54,809 nt of DNA from Catajapyx aquilonaris (GCA_000934665.2 KZ538671.1:1-54809), one strand, 5' to 3'. Shown: positions 1-13,439, numbered from the stretch's first letter. Translations and numbers: made by a program. Notes: generated from the letters alone by a model not told the origin.

Positions 1-38
1 GGGGGGGGGGAGAGAAAATTTTTTGGAAATTTTTAAGA

Positions 39-111
39 CTCTCACCCGGGATTTGAACCCGGGACTCTAGATTGAGAGTCGAGAGCGCTGCTAACACGGC
101 CAGATTGCACC
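39..111 (-). mobile_element. tRNA-derived SINE head or tRNA pseudogene fragment
   Basis: The reverse complement reads GGTGCAATCTGGCCGTGTTAGCAGCGCTCTCGACTCTCAATCTAGAGTCCCGGGTTCAAATCCCGGG. It has a Pol III B-box (GGTTCAAATCC) in a perfect T-arm and an imperfect anticodon arm (CTC), but no pairing acceptor stem. Confidence 0.55.
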
Positions 112-380
112 ATCTGCTTTCATATGTCGATCGGAAGGTCTAGCCTATTTACCAATTCAATATTTTTGAAGAAGAAAAAATAATAATTTGTACAACTTAA
201 GATGAAAGGCTACCTGTTACGGCGCAGTGGCAAGCGCTCTATTGGCAGGGTAAAGAGTAACCATATGCACCGTATACTCATCAACCAAATATTTTTAATG
301 CCAATGGTTTTCGCCTAAGGACTAGAAAACACACAATCGAGTACAACAATGCCGTGTCCGTAGTTTCTTCCTCCGGATGA

Positions 381-813
381 TCAGTAGTGGCCCACAGGAT
401 GGTCGCTGTGCCATCCGAAAGCACCGTGTCCTCCGGTGTACGCGCTGTAGTCGACGTACTCGTGTCCACCTCCTCCGAATCCTCCTCCTCCACCTCCACC
501 TCCACCGGCCTGTCTCTGGTACCGACTCTCAGACTCCTCAGGGTCCAGCAGATCCTGAGGCACAGCACGACGGACCACGACGTGACCTTGCGGATTGAAA
601 TGGTCTCCCTCGGTCACCTCCACAACTTGCAGGTCATCGATGGGGATGGCCACGTAACGTGCAAACCCCACATGCACCATGCCAATCATCATCAACACCA
701 AGCTCTGAAAGAACACTACTTTTCAGACACATTCACATAACATCCTATGGATATCCATGATGGATATCCATAGGATGTCGCATGGCGTTTCAATAGTAAC
801 TTACCAGCTTCAT
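381..813 (-). CDS. Small secreted glycine-rich protein (~110 aa, 2 exons: 813-805, 704-381), cuticle/secreted-peptide-like
   Basis: ATG AAG CTG|GTAAGT splices to TTTCAG|AGC TTG, giving signal peptide MKLSLVLMMIGMVHVGFA. It has a poly-Gly tract and C-terminal HEYVDYSAYTGGHGAFGWHSDHP, which resembles a conserved insect small-protein motif (from memory). Confidence 0.8.
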
Positions 814-892
814 GGTTCGGCTGTAGGTCCAAGGAATGGTTATATGAGTAGAGCTGATGGACTTATGCAGAAGAGTGGACTCGGACAACTCC

Positions 893-902
893 TTTATATA
901 TG
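893..902 (-). promoter_or_regulatory. TATA box of the Gly-rich gene
   Basis: TATATAAA on the minus strand ~80 nt upstream of the ATG at 813. Confidence 0.6.
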
Positions 903-1357
903 GGGGGGGTTGTCCTTTCATATTTCGTGTGTCTCTCTGCGTGAAGATGGCGGCCACTACAACCAGGGGACATCGGCCCCAAAGCCTCAAAATGCAAAAA
1001 GCTTTTCCTGGCCGTGATTTTCGGCATGAGTGCTCATGTTGGAGGCCCACAAGAAGTGAGAGAGAATGGTTGCTGTCAAAGAGAGAGTGAAGAGGGCAAA
1101 CATGGAAGAAGAAGAAAAAAAAAAGTATATAGGGCCTACTACCGAAAGTGTCATACCCAAGCACGGAGCGGTAAATCATGCACATGTCGTGACGCAACGT
1201 AAAGATTAAATCACAACAGTTCCGGATCGGAGGACACGGTTACGCCGTATTGCTTCGTTATGACACACCTGGTGATTGGAAGGGAGAAAAGAGTAAGAAA
1301 TGAGGAAATCATATTGCCTACTGCGACATTCAGGTTTAGGTTGCACCAGGCGCAAAG

Positions 1358-1634
1358 ATTCGATTTCCGCGTCTCTCTGTTTGGGGCCGTTGCCAAGGCT
1401 GGCGGCCATTTTGAAGTGTGGGGAACGCCAACGAGGGTGCAGGCAAAAATAGGGTCCGCCATCTTTGATTCGCGCGTGTTCTTGCCATGTAGTTGCCATG
1501 GCCGCCAAAACCATCAAAGATGGCGGACCATATTTTTGCCTGTACCCTATTTATACCTCGTTGGCGTTCCCCACACTTCAAGATGGCCGCCAGCCTTGGC
1601 AACGGCCCCAAACAGAGAGACGCGGAAATCGAAT
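1358..1634. mobile_element. MITE-like foldback with ~112-122 bp inverted arms
   Basis: 1358-1469 (attcgatttccgcgtctctctgtttggggccg...gccatctttgat) is the near reverse complement of 1513-1634, with a 43-nt spacer. Confidence 0.75.
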
Positions 1635-3256
1635 GTTTTCGCCTCTTATGTAGTATATGCTCCCTGGTTGCACCTAGTTTCCACTGCCGGTTTCTCCATA
1701 TATACTTGACATGTCATCATTGTAATACTGTACTGTTGGCTACAGTACAGGTATGCCCCACCATGGCCCCCATACAACAAATATACCACAGTAAACAGCC
1801 AAACATTGGCCCACTGACCTTTTAACCGCGCTGTTGATACACATATTGGGTGGTGTACATTATAATGGTGTCGTACTGGTACCGCTTAATTTATCAAAAT
1901 CCATCAGTGCGAAACATAGAAAGCAATGTATTTTTTTTCCTGGGGGATGTACCTTTCTGCATAAAACCGTCGGGGTGTACAACGGTAGTGGTAGCGTGCA
2001 CGTTACTTTCTCCTTTGTGTGTCAGCATGTCAGCGAAGGAAAGGAAGACGAGTCGACACGCGGTTTCCTTTTCGTGGCATTGAACTTCGATAGGAAGAGA
2101 GAGTGGTCTGTTGGGAGTCCCACAAATACTTTAAAAAAAAAAAATCCATTTTGAGTATCTTCCGCTTCTGGGTTGTACTTCTGGTGGTTCCCCCAAAATG
2201 TCCCATTGACGTTGGAGGATAACTAGGGGACATTTTGTGGTGAGATTGAGAGTGTCAGGAAATTGTCGTCATGAAAGTCGTCACATCCGGGAAACTTAAA
2301 TTGCGCAGCCAAATGTTTCAATGACGACACTCTTGGTGGGGCAAAACCCACCACCAGACACCAAGTGTAAACTATGTCAAGAGTCGCAGGTCAAGAGCAA
2401 ACAAATTGGGAGTGACATGCAGCGACCTTCATGTGAGGTCGTTGTGCACGGCGCAAACAAGTTTTGCCACCACAGTTGCATAATGGCATTGAAATGTGTA
2501 GAAAACACCTCATTAACGATGCAATTACAACATAATCTTGTAATCAAGAATAATTTAATTTGCGGTACATTAAGTGCACAGCAGGTACTTGGAAAGTGCG
2601 CCGCTCTTTATGTACCCGCCAACTGGATGGGATTCAATTGAGTGGAGCCGTAATGGACGACTATAAGCACCTCCCTCCCCATCACGGTCATAGTGCGTCA
2701 GGCACACTTAAGAGGGACCATTTGAATTAATCAAACTGTTTGGGATGGGAACCGGTACGATCTGGTTTGACCATAACGTTTCATGGAGACCGTCGTTTTT
2801 ATTGGTACTTCCGGGGAGCATAGAGCCCGAGTCAAAACAGTAAGAGTGGGTTTTTCGCCTTACGTCTTTAAGCTCGGAGCGCTCCTAACAATGCGACTAC
2901 TAACTTGAAAGAGACAAGACGAAAAATAATAATCCAAGAATAAATCAGAAAATGCCCATGTGTATTTTTTTCATACAGTTCATCCGCCAAATATACATGA
3001 TCGGAGTTTAAAAAAAATTGTAGAAAAAAAAAAGTGGGCATGCTCTTTGAGAAAAACAGAAATCCCAATATGAATACATCATAGAGCTATGATGTTTACA
3101 ATGTGCATCCTCCAAAAAACAATAATGGATCATTTCAAATTAAAATACTGGGCAGGGAACATTATGAATACAAATCTAAGAAACGGATGCGTCCTAACGA
3201 AGAGATGAAAACAAAACTTTTTCTCGCATTTCTGCAAACACAATGGCTCTTTTGAT

Positions 3257-6200
3257 TCAGGTTGTCCCATTTTCATTGGTTACTGCTGCTGCGGGCTTTT
3301 CCCACTCTGCAAATCCGAACTTCACCAACTCACATCCGACGTTGACGTCCTGCAACGATATGGTAGGTATGATTCGGCTGGATTTCAAACGCAGGAAAAA
3401 TGCTTACGTACCTGCGGCCCACTGCTGTCCACAAGCTCAACACATGGCACTTTCCTGCCGCCCGGCTCCTTCTCCTTGTACTGGATCACAGAAGCCAATA
3501 TGACCTTCCATTCAGCCGCGTGACTCAGCTCCTGGAACATATCCGTAGCCTCCTCGCTCCACTCACCTCCCCTAGAACAAACAAATTTTCATACAGATCA
3601 GTATATGACAACCATGTCGATGGCACTCGTAAAGACAATCACTGGTTACAAGTGGTTACTACCTATTTACTGATTAAGGATGCGGTTACAACCAGTTATA
3701 GGTCGTTACTCCTTCACATAACAAGCAGTTCTCAATATCGGTAGCGAATCCACCAGAGACAAAAGTATATGTCGGAGAATCACATCACAAGTTACGGCAT
3801 TAAAAATGAAACGGCATGTGTGCGTCACAATTAATTCGCTAAACTGTATGATTGCAATGTACATATTTTCTCGTGGCTGTTTACACCGCTAACATAATCC
3901 GCCCCGTAGCGTTTCCTTAAAAGCCATTTCAGACCGACTTGGACCAGACTAGATTATTTAAACGAGGTCTTGGAAGGGCATTGAGACAAACAGGATAACG
4001 AGACGTAGTGTTGACTGTGGGGTGGGGGGGATTGATGGTAAACAACAAGCTCCCCTTTGGCAGAGGAGTCATAGGAAGGCCGGCCGGCACATGTGCCAAA
4101 GTGGTGGCCCATTCAGAGGTTGGCAGTCGGGGCTGGGTTTCGTAGGCAGGGTGGGGAGGAGGAGAGGATCATCCGGCACTATATAAAGCTAGTTTCAGGA
4201 CGACCTGATAAACAGTCAGCTCGAAACCATCATTTGGGATACACCAGGCCATCACACTAGATACGCAAGGTAATGTCACTTGGCGTTGACCAACCAACCT
4301 GTTTTTCTGCTACGCAATTGCATTTTCACCCTGTCATTTTATCGTTTTTCGTTCTCTCTTAGCATGCTAATGACGCAGAAGTCGGAGTCAAAGGGATGCC
4401 CCTCGGGTATGGAGATCCAGGTACGGAACATGCTGGACGTCACCTTCCGTTACACGTGGGTGGTGGAGGACTACCTGCAGCGGACGTCTGAGAAGCGGGA
4501 CATGGACAGCCTTCCCTTTGAGGTCAATGCCAACGGCCTTCACACTCGTTGGTCCCTGGCAGTACGGTTCTGGACTGGACCAGACGGGCAGCGGATATCC
4601 AACCCGGTGGTCCTCTGCCTCAATCTGGTCGGTGTGAACGTGGAGGTATCTGAAGAAGTACGACTGCGGTACCAGTTTGGGATATACAACGATGCCGTGA
4701 AGCAATACGAGTTGATGCCAGCCAGCGGTGCAGATCTGACCCTTGAAACTAACGACCGCATTTCATCAGTCGGATATCGGGACATGTCTGTACTCGACAG
4801 GCACCGGGATGCTCACGGAGATGTACGATTTGCAGTACGTTTGATGCTGGTACTACGCCGACCTGGTGAGCTCCACACATTGCCCCTGGATCTGCTTCAG
4901 ATGTTGATGGGTGGCGATCATGCAGACGCAACACTATGCGCTGAAGATAAGGAGTTTCGGGTCCATCGTGCCGTCCTGAGTGCAAGATCGCCAGTATTCG
5001 CTGCCATGTTCAAGCATGGGATGCGTGAGGCACTTGATGGGAAGGTGACCATCGAGGATATATCATCCGAGAACCTGCAGTCACTCCTACAATACGTATA
5101 CACCGACAGGGTTGAAAGCATCGATGCGCAAGCCCAATCGCTGTTACCAGTAGCCGAGAAGTATCAGCTGATTGGCTTGAAGGCATTATGCGAGAAGGCT
5201 CTTATTGACGCAATCACTCCGAGCAACGTGGCTGCGACTTTGCTGATGGCAGACAGCTTCCAGTGTGAGAACCTGAAACGTGCAGCACTGGCATACTGTG
5301 AGGACAATGCCAACTCGATCGTGAAGAATGTTGGGTGGAAGGTGATGGAAGAAGTCCATCCAGAACTGTTCCAGCAGGCGTGTGAGGTGGTCGTGCGAGA
5401 ATCTTGCGCATGTCACGTCGACTGCGTACGGCAGGAATCGCCGAAGGGGGAGGTCAGGGTTCCCTGAGTCGCACAGGGTGATTATTTTGTACAGTGTAAA
5501 TAAATTACCGTTTTACGAACTCATTATCAATTTGTTGACATTTGAAGGGTTTGTTGCCGAAGGAAATTTTGTCAACAGGAGTCAACATCACCTGGACAAG
5601 TCATCTATCGCAAGGAAATTAGCAGATCGTCCAGAAGTATTTTCCTTGCCCGCATAATATTAATCGGAATGGCCTGAATTTCGTGACCTTTTTCCTACTC
5701 ATGTCATTAGAAATGCTAATCACGGATGTCACTCTCTAATGTAAACAATTTTGCGTTAGGCAAGACAGCAAAAGCAGACTTGACTTTGCCCTCATGAGAT
5801 AATCGTGGCATCTCGGAAATTCCTCATAACATATGATAATGAGGTGGCTGAAATTAGATTACGTCTACATGTGAGAGGGAGAAACGTTGCCTACAAATCC
5901 TACCCTGATGTCGACTACGCAAAATGCCAAAAAATGCACCGATAGTTTTGTTCATGACATTATGTTATGTAAATGATATGGACATGTGATACAATCATGC
6001 TCAAAGAGATTATGTAACTGTGGTGCCACTTCTTGTGTTTAATAGAGTGGGCATTTGACCGAAGCGTAGTGGGAAATATTTGGCAAATTGCCCCCCCCAG
6101 TCGGTAACAATGCACTTCCAGAGACTTCCTTGAAGACATACCAAACATATTTCGCAATTCTCCCAGCCAACATGTTGTTCTTCGTTTTGCGTACTTGTGT

Positions 6201-9120
6201 CATTTCATATTGTAAATTAAACTAATTTCCCAAGCTCGTTGCAGAACTAATTGCGGAACTCTTGCAGAATCTAACAAGCCTTCATTGTACATCTGAAATG
6301 GCAGTGTTGTTAAATATCCTTACCTGGGTAAAACCTTGGCCAAGTAGCACTCAATGGCTTGGAAGCGTAATCGCAGAAAGTCAGTTCTAATCTCGTAGAC
6401 GTCACTCCTGGAAACGTCTTCTGAATCTCCGTAATCTACAAAGTAAACTGAAATCTTTGCTTCCTCAGGAGAGTACGCATCCGTTTCCACGGCCATCACT
6501 TTCGCACGGTACCAGGACTTGTCGTGGGTAAAAGGCGCCACGACTATGTCTCCTACATTAACCTGTCATGGAAAAAAAAGAGACGTGCTAGTTAGTTCTT
6601 TCATTCCAATTGTCAGTTGCTGACAAACACATGCTGTGCAACAATGTGTACGGTGGCCTCAAATAATTCACCGAAAGGTCCTTACACTTCATGTGATTGT
6701 ACATCAGGATTAGAAAATAGAGCATATAAACAGGCAATCTAATAAATTGGAAGTCATTGCACTATTCACATGTACCGAGCGAATAAAGTCAACAGCCTTT
6801 AAAGGCATCCCTAGTCAATCACCTTGTGTCGAGATATCAAGCATTGAACTTTTCTATTGTGTCTAGAAGACAATTACATCCACAAACTCGACCGCATAGT
6901 ACCAGCTGTACCGCCACCGCCTAGATCAGGGGTGGGCAAACTCTTTTTTCTCCATGGGTCGCATAGAGATTTTTAAAAAATTGACAGGCCGCATCTAACA
7001 AAAGATATTTCAACATTCTAAAAAAGTTTCCAATCATTCCGGTGTAAACAAGTGAAGGGAGAAGGCGACTATGGACAATGCGACGTTGATGAGTATGGAG
7101 CAGGGCCGCGGGGCTTGGATGCTGTATCACCCTGTATCTCATGAAGGGATCCAGAAGGGTCAGGTAGCGCCTCCGCACCCGTAAAAAGCGTCGAAGGCAC
7201 CGAACGTGATCTACAAATCGAATGGTCGTCACCGTGTAGGCCATTTCTCATGTGACGAGGTGACCAAGACATCCCGAGGTGTCTTGATCGTCACTTCTAT
7301 TAACTACTCAGTTCCATGTTTACTAGTGCCTAATCAGAAGCACGAAAATTCCATCCGTCCTAAGATAATAGTCAGAACCTCTAAACAGTGGCTAATAGTA
7401 AGACGAAATTTCGGCCCAAAATATCCATCGTTTTAAATGAACTTCCATTAATTGCATAAATTATATTAAAATTCTCTCAAAATCAATAAAATTATCTAAA
7501 TATATCAATGGAAATGGCCTGTACAAAAACAGCTACACTTTTACATTCATGCTCTACAGAATGCATGTGCTGGAAACAATTTTACTTGCATAGAAGTCCG
7601 TAAATTAATTCCCAAAAAGATAACCGCACAGTATACCCGCTACATTTCAATCGGCTAGATTTTTCCTCCTGTTCAACTTACAAGTACTCTGAAGGTAAGG
7701 CCAAAAAGATCACTGTAAAATATAAAAATTGAAGTACTACCGGCCAACTGTTAGGCTGATTTAATTATGAAATACGCTAAAATATACAGTCTAATAACAA
7801 CCTTGAGAACCATGCCACACGAATTTGCTGAAATCGTTGTATTTTTATCAGCGACTTGAGGGAAAACTCCCAAATTAATTTCCTGAAAAGTACGACGACT
7901 TCCATCAAATTCTTGTGGCACAGTTCTCAAGGTTGTTATTCCGCACATTGTAACACATTTCATAATTAAATCAGCCTAACAGTTGACCGGCAGTACTTGG
8001 ATTATGTGGTTTTACAGCGACATTTTTGAAAATTAATTCTGGGGACTTCTAGATGAACAAACTGGTTTCCGACACATTCGTTAGTGTTTTCCATGAACGT
8101 TATTATTTGTTCACCTTTGTCAAGCCTCACCTGGTTGAGCTTATGCAGTTCCCTGTTTGTTTCCTGATTATAGTACTCAGTCATGCCCTCCACCAGCTTG
8201 TCAAGCTCAACCGCTTTCGGACCCACCGCCTGCACCCAGAAGCGTCCGGCCGTGTCCACTGCTGAGACAAACACCTCCATGAACCCATCGTTGTTGGTGG
8301 GCGATAGGTTCGCCTCCCTGTCTCCCGATCCCGCAACTTGCGTCCCTTCCTCTTCCATTGTGAGGAACAGGAGGGGCTTTCGGGCGCCATAACGAGGCCC
8401 CCTGCGGTTGGCCGACTCGTGTATCTGGCTGCGCATCTCCTCCTCCTCCGCCACCTTCTCGTCAATCATCTTCTTCGCCGTTTCTACCCCAGACGGCTCG
8501 CCACGAATCGTCACCAGCTGACGCCCATTGCTGCTGACCCCGCCAGACTGGACCTGTCAGGAACCAAGGATTAGTCCCACCTTTTCATTTACGGACATTA
8601 AACAAACCTTAATGGTGGCTCCGGACACTTTACACATAAGCCGAATATTCTCTCCGTTCCTTCCGATGATCCTTCCGCAAGCCTTCTTCGGCACCCAAAC
8701 CTCCTCTGTCAGGATCTTGGGTAGGCTGGCCATTATCTGGTAGATAAGCGCCTTTGCATGCTCGCAATCGCTGGGCTTCCCCCGAATGATGCACACCCGA
8801 TACTCCGACGCTTCCTCGGCCTCGTCAAAGTTGATCCTTGTTCCCGACTTGGCCTCCACCTGCTTTATGTTGCTCCCGCCTCTCCCAATCACCGATCCGG
8901 TCTGATCCCGATGGATCTTCATCCGGATCTCAACCGTCTTAGAGCTCCGATCAGAACAAGACACCCGTTCATCCTCATCCTACAAAAAAGGGAACAGCAT
9001 GTTAATCCCATGTCGGGGCTTCCGACAAACCGACAGTACCTTCTTGTAGTACATATACAGCAGTACCATCCCACCAACTCCGGCCGCAATTGGTAGCAAA
9101 ATAGCCGTCAGTTTCGCCAT
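3257..9120 (-). CDS. TDRKH: Tudor and KH domain-containing protein (papi/TDRKH-like), ~455 aa; exons 9120-9040, 8979-8608, 8553-8131, 6562-6324, 3571-3412, 3349-3257
   Basis: N-terminal hydrophobic anchor (MAKLTAILLPIAAGVGGMVLLYMYYKK), two KH GxxG loops (VIGRGGSNIK, IIGRNGENIR), Tudor core (SWYRAKV...VYFVDYGDSE) and SN-like extension (LRFQAIECYLA, WSEEATDMFQEL). All introns are GT-AG and the phases are consistent. Confidence 0.92.
4180..4187 (+). promoter_or_regulatory. TATA box of the nested MATH-BTB gene
   Basis: TATATAAA with an Inr-like CAGTC ~30 nt downstream, followed by a 5'UTR intron (GT at 4270 to AG at 4362). Confidence 0.65.
4364..5467 (+). CDS. MATH-BTB protein (SPOP/roadkill/TDPOZ-like Cul3 substrate adaptor), ~367 aa, single coding exon
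   Basis: Divergent MATH-like N-terminus (FRYTWVVEDY), BTB signature (DATLCAEDKEFRVHRAVLSARSPVFAAMF...LLQYVYTD) and BACK-like helices (AEKYQLIGLKALCE...LKRAALAY). The ATG follows a splice acceptor at 4362. Confidence 0.9.
   Translation: MLMTQKSESKGCPSGMEIQVRNMLDVTFRYTWVVEDYLQRTSEKRDMDSLPFEVNANGLHTRWSLAVRFWTGPDGQRISNPVVLCLNLVGVNVEVSEEVRLRYQFGIYNDAVKQYELMPASGADLTLETNDRISSVGYRDMSVLDRHRDAHGDVRFAVRLMLVLRRPGELHTLPLDLLQMLMGGDHADATLCAEDKEFRVHRAVLSARSPVFAAMFKHGMREALDGKVTIEDISSENLQSLLQYVYTDRVESIDAQAQSLLPVAEKYQLIGLKALCEKALIDAITPSNVAATLLMADSFQCENLKRAALAYCEDNANSIVKNVGWKVMEEVHPELFQQACEVVVRESCACHVDCVRQESPKGEVRVP
7737..7993. mobile_element. MITE with ~38 bp TIRs flanked by TA (Tc1/mariner-type)
   Basis: ta|ctaccggccaactgttaggctgatttaattatgaaat ... 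atttcataattaaatcagcctaacagttgaccggcag|ta, located in a TDRKH intron. Confidence 0.75.
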
Positions 9121-11411
9121 CCTTGTGGCAATGATCTGAAAACAATATTTGAAATAATTAGGCTCAAAATAAAATATTTTTTTTTGGCAACCAAACACAT
9201 TGTATGACGTCATCCCCTCATTTTTTTGCATATGTACTTGTGTTTAATTAATTCTAAACATGTTAATTACCTAGTGGTCCGGTTTGTGCCAAATTAAGCC
9301 GCAGTCACATCGCCTTCAAGTTTTAACTTGGTTTTTAACTAGGTTTTTAATTAGAAGAAGAGAACGCTTTTTTTTTAGCGGCCGCAGCGAGCCGCCATTT
9401 TCTTCTCCAAGAGTTACAAGGTCGAAAAAAATATTCTTTCACTATATTATATAAATCCGCAATTGTTAAAACTAAATTTTAAATTAAAAGTTGCTGCGGC
9501 ATATAGATTTAAATATGTTTATAAAGATTAATTAGAATTAATTGGAAGAACAGTGTTGCCAGATGGGGCGCCCATTTTGTATCCAGAATTTGGGCGGGAA
9601 TTTTGAACAATGTTCATGAAATTCAATCACAGAACAAGTGATGATGTAAAACGGAACTAATTAGTCGGCCACAATTGCGAATTAATTAGGGTTAATTAAT
9701 TAATTAATTTTCACGCCCATTTTTCTTTTGTTGTGAATCATTGACTTGCCAACATTTGGCAAAAAATTTAGGAAAAAGTGCGAAAGTGGAGAGGGGGAGG
9801 CAGTAGTATCGAAGCGACATCCGACGGTGAAGTGCAGAAGTAAGCGAGTCGCCACCAAGGAGGTGGCGCCTGGAACGGCGGAAATGGGAACTCCGTGGAC
9901 CGGCCGCGGTCGGTTTTTTTGTTCGTTTTTTGAATTTTACAAAGTCCCTCATCACCGTTTCTAATAAACAAAAGTAGTTTGCAAATATAGAAAACATTGC
10001 TAAAATTTTGACACCACTCCCAAATCTGTAGCCCGTACGGTACAGGAGAAGTTTCCATCACAGTAGGGTATTAATAAGATAGATGCACTTATCTTCCAGC
10101 ACCAAACAGGATGGGCTAATTAGGCTAACTGTGCTAAGTAAAAGTATATCACCCACATCTTGACCTTGCAATTATCGTGAAATCCTCAAGGTACGTGAGA
10201 TCTTAGTGAATATACGTATATCTTCATGTCCAATACGCTCCTTAAGACGTGAGAGTCATAAACCCCGTAACAATGTCTCAATTCCTTATAGGACACATCG
10301 CATAGTGACATATCCGGTTCCTGGGTCCTTCAAGGGAATATTGAGTAGTTGCCGTAACTGCTTGTCAGGCTAGGTAATTACGTTAATTAATCACATGGTA
10401 ATGTCTTGCATACAATTTTGGTGAGTGCTTGGCTTGTTAATTTTCATCCGAGATCATTAGACCCTGACGAGTGAGAGTGTTTTCACCATCGTAATACTGG
10501 CTCTTCTCCAATATTTCGTCATGGACGAGCGAGTATGTTAGTGATGTATGAAAATAACAGGGCATGAAAAATTGCATTATTATTTTTTTAAATAATATTC
10601 AATTAGTTTAGAGAAGCAATTTACTTGTTGTCATTCTCATCCTGCAAACAGAAACTTTAAAAAAATAAATTGTGATGACAGGATCAACTATTTTTAATGC
10701 TTTCTATTTCCTTCCTAGTGATATAAACTTAGCATTGCTTCGCCCAGTTTAATTCATATCCCAAACTGTAACATACTCATTAAATATAAATAGTCCGCAC
10801 TAACTCACAGCCAAAAATGGCACCGGATATTTTCACTTTTCAGGACCTAAAAGGTCAGTATATTACACCCAATGATGTCATAACACATCAAGGAATCCAT
10901 AATTACGGAGATTACAGAGATGTAATACTTTTTTTTGTGTGGAGATCATGGCCAACAAAAGTGCACAAATTACATCCTGTACCCATCATTTTGCTGCTAA
11001 TTACTGTGTAAATGTTGTCATGTAAGTAGGGCATTTCTCACTTCATATAGTTTGCCAGTAATTACGGATTTGTTATACGGCGGCTTATTTTTACTCCCAG
11101 AAAAAAACACATTTTTTTTGATCGTTTCCTTACAAGTGATTTCGTTGTGTCTACACTCTTCTTGATCCAAAATAAAAATCGTGATCCGCTTCGTGATCGG
11201 GCGTTGTCACATTTTCAGCAAAATCGGGAAAACCTCTTGGAGTTGGAAGGATTGCCTTGAACAATCCTCACGTTAAGGCCATTAAAACCAGTGGCACACC
11301 AACCGGTAGCAGACGTCAACAATACTGTTCAGACATTTATCTTATTTCCGAAAATTAAACAATCAAAGTCACACCCCGGCACGAAAAATGCTTGGTTGTC
11401 CTACTTATCAT

Positions 11412-11800
11412 GAGTAATTCGCAGAATAAATTGATACAAGTTTGTCAAACATTAATTTTTGCAAATTTGTTAAATTCCTTGCATAATATGTGAGTAATTC
11501 CCAGAATAAATTGATTCAAGTTTGTCAAAAAATTAATTTGTGAAAATATTCAATTTCTTTTGTAATCTTTGAGCGATTCGTAGAACAAATTGATGGAAGT
11601 TCGTCAAAGAGTTTTTGCATATTTATTGTTCAATTTCTTTGCGTAATGTTTGAGTAATTCGCAGAATAAATTGATGCAAGTTCGTCAAAAAACGATATTT
11701 GCAAATTTGTTGGGCAATTTTCTTGCGCAATATTTAAGTAATTCGCAGCAAGTTCGTCAAAAATTAATTTTTGCAAATTTGTTTAATTTCTTGCGTAATT
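11412..11800 (+). repeat. Degenerate AT-rich tandem repeat, ~80 bp unit, ~5 copies
   Basis: Recurring gagtaattcgcagaataaattgat(a/g)caagtt(t/c)gtcaaa...ttttgcaaatttgtt at ~11412, 11491, 11571, 11652 and 11737. Confidence 0.8.
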
Positions 11801-13371
11801 TTTACGTATACAAACGAGTGTCGCAATGCAGTGCGTGTTGCGCATCCAAACAATTATTTCACATACAAAAAGAAAGCTGCAAATTTAATTTATTACAATA
11901 ATATTTCCTTCCAGTTTTATTGGCCTTATCGAGCACATGTTACTTTCATACGATACGCATGCTTGATATTGTTAAACGTCGCATTGACACCATTCAAGTT
12001 ACAGGACAATAATTCTATTTGGCAAAATATCCTTGAGGACTCCTCATCAATTAAACTACTCTTTTTTTTGCACAGTTGATGGCCAGCGATTGACTCGATT
12101 CTTCGGGCCACAAAAGACTCGTAATGAAACCCAACTCCTGATGGGTAACCGAGGCTAAGTAGGTTAAGACCCGTCGTCATCAATCACCAAACATACCACA
12201 GGAGGTGAATGTTGGTTATCCAGATCCACTCTATGGTCTCTTTCAAATAGTTTTTTTTATTTATTTTTATTTTCTATTCGTGACCTGGTGGGATGGTCTT
12301 ATGGTGCTTGTTTTAGGTGAGTGTACAGGGTGAAAGATAAGACCTGTTGTAAGTGTACACTTACAACAGGTCTTATCTTTATTGTTGTTTGTTGCAGTGG
12401 CCTATAAAGCATGATAATGACGTCAGGTTTCATATAAATGTAGATCGGGTCAGCACTGTATGCCAACATCGGCCCAATATCGAATGCCAACGTCGGCCCG
12501 ATGTGACAAAAAGTTAACCGTTTTACATTGGCCCGACATCGTGCCCCAACATTGGCCCGATGTCATTTGCCGACATCGGGCCGACGAAGTGTGCTAATGG
12601 TGTCATTTATGGGGAACAATAATCATCGCCAATTTTTTAACTATAAATATGAATTTTTATGAGCTCAAATAAGTGCGCACCCATACTCGCGCACGTCTGT
12701 CGGCCATTTTGTTCCCCTAAGTGTAGCGTTGGAAATAAAAGTGCAGCGCTGTACAAACCAATTTTTTGTCCAATTTTGAAGCAACCTCCGAGCATCAGAG
12801 TTCACCCTGTACTATACCCAGCATTTTCGGTCCAGTTTCACTTTCACTGGCGAAGCGTGACGGCCTAATCATGGCCCTTCCTGAGCACTCCAATCTTTCA
12901 CACTCTTCTCTAATTAAACGCACAACTTTGAGAAGGTGAGCCAGAAGAATGGCGAAAACTGTTTGAAAAGAATAACCCTACAGCGAATAATATTTTGTCC
13001 AAAAAATTTTTGTGTGTGTGTAGCTTTCACCATGAATCGTGTGGTAATGACATAGATAAGAAGACATCATTATCAGGTAGTTGCGCAACTACCATGGTAT
13101 ATAGAGATTACTCTCTTCCTAGTCAGGATTCCTTCGCATTGTCTGGTTTGCTCCACTAAAACTAATGAGCCTCATATATTTATTAATCTAAGAGCGACGT
13201 TCACCGACCTTTTGCTCTCAAAAAAAATCTCATGGTACAGTACAGTTGGTCATCGGTAGCAAGCACTTTCTTTTTTCCCCTCTCTATAGGTGTCAGCCCT
13301 ATTTGAGCTTCTCACGGTACGTCACGTGGTGTAACAACCAATGCAATGTAATGTTGGAAAGTGAAAAAAAA

Positions 13372-13439
13372 NNNNNNNNNNNNNNNNNNNNNNNNNNNNN
13401 NNNNNNNNNNNNNNNNNNNNNNNNNNNNNNNNNNNNNNN
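13372..13439. other. Assembly gap
   Basis: Run of N between poly-A and poly-C tracts. Confidence 1.

Noticed and set aside
39..111. Possible functional tRNA-Glu gene
   Set aside because: The acceptor stem does not pair and the anticodon stem has a mismatch; better explained as a SINE head or pseudogene.
1206..1825. Multiple overlapping ORFs with mirrored peptides on both strands
   Set aside because: Artefact of the inverted-repeat element at 1358-1634.
6921..7436. GC-richer patch with short ORFs and a hAT-like terminus (CAGGGGTGGGCAAACT, ~6927) in a TDRKH intron
   Set aside because: No matching second terminus or identifiable protein motif, so it cannot be classified from sequence alone.
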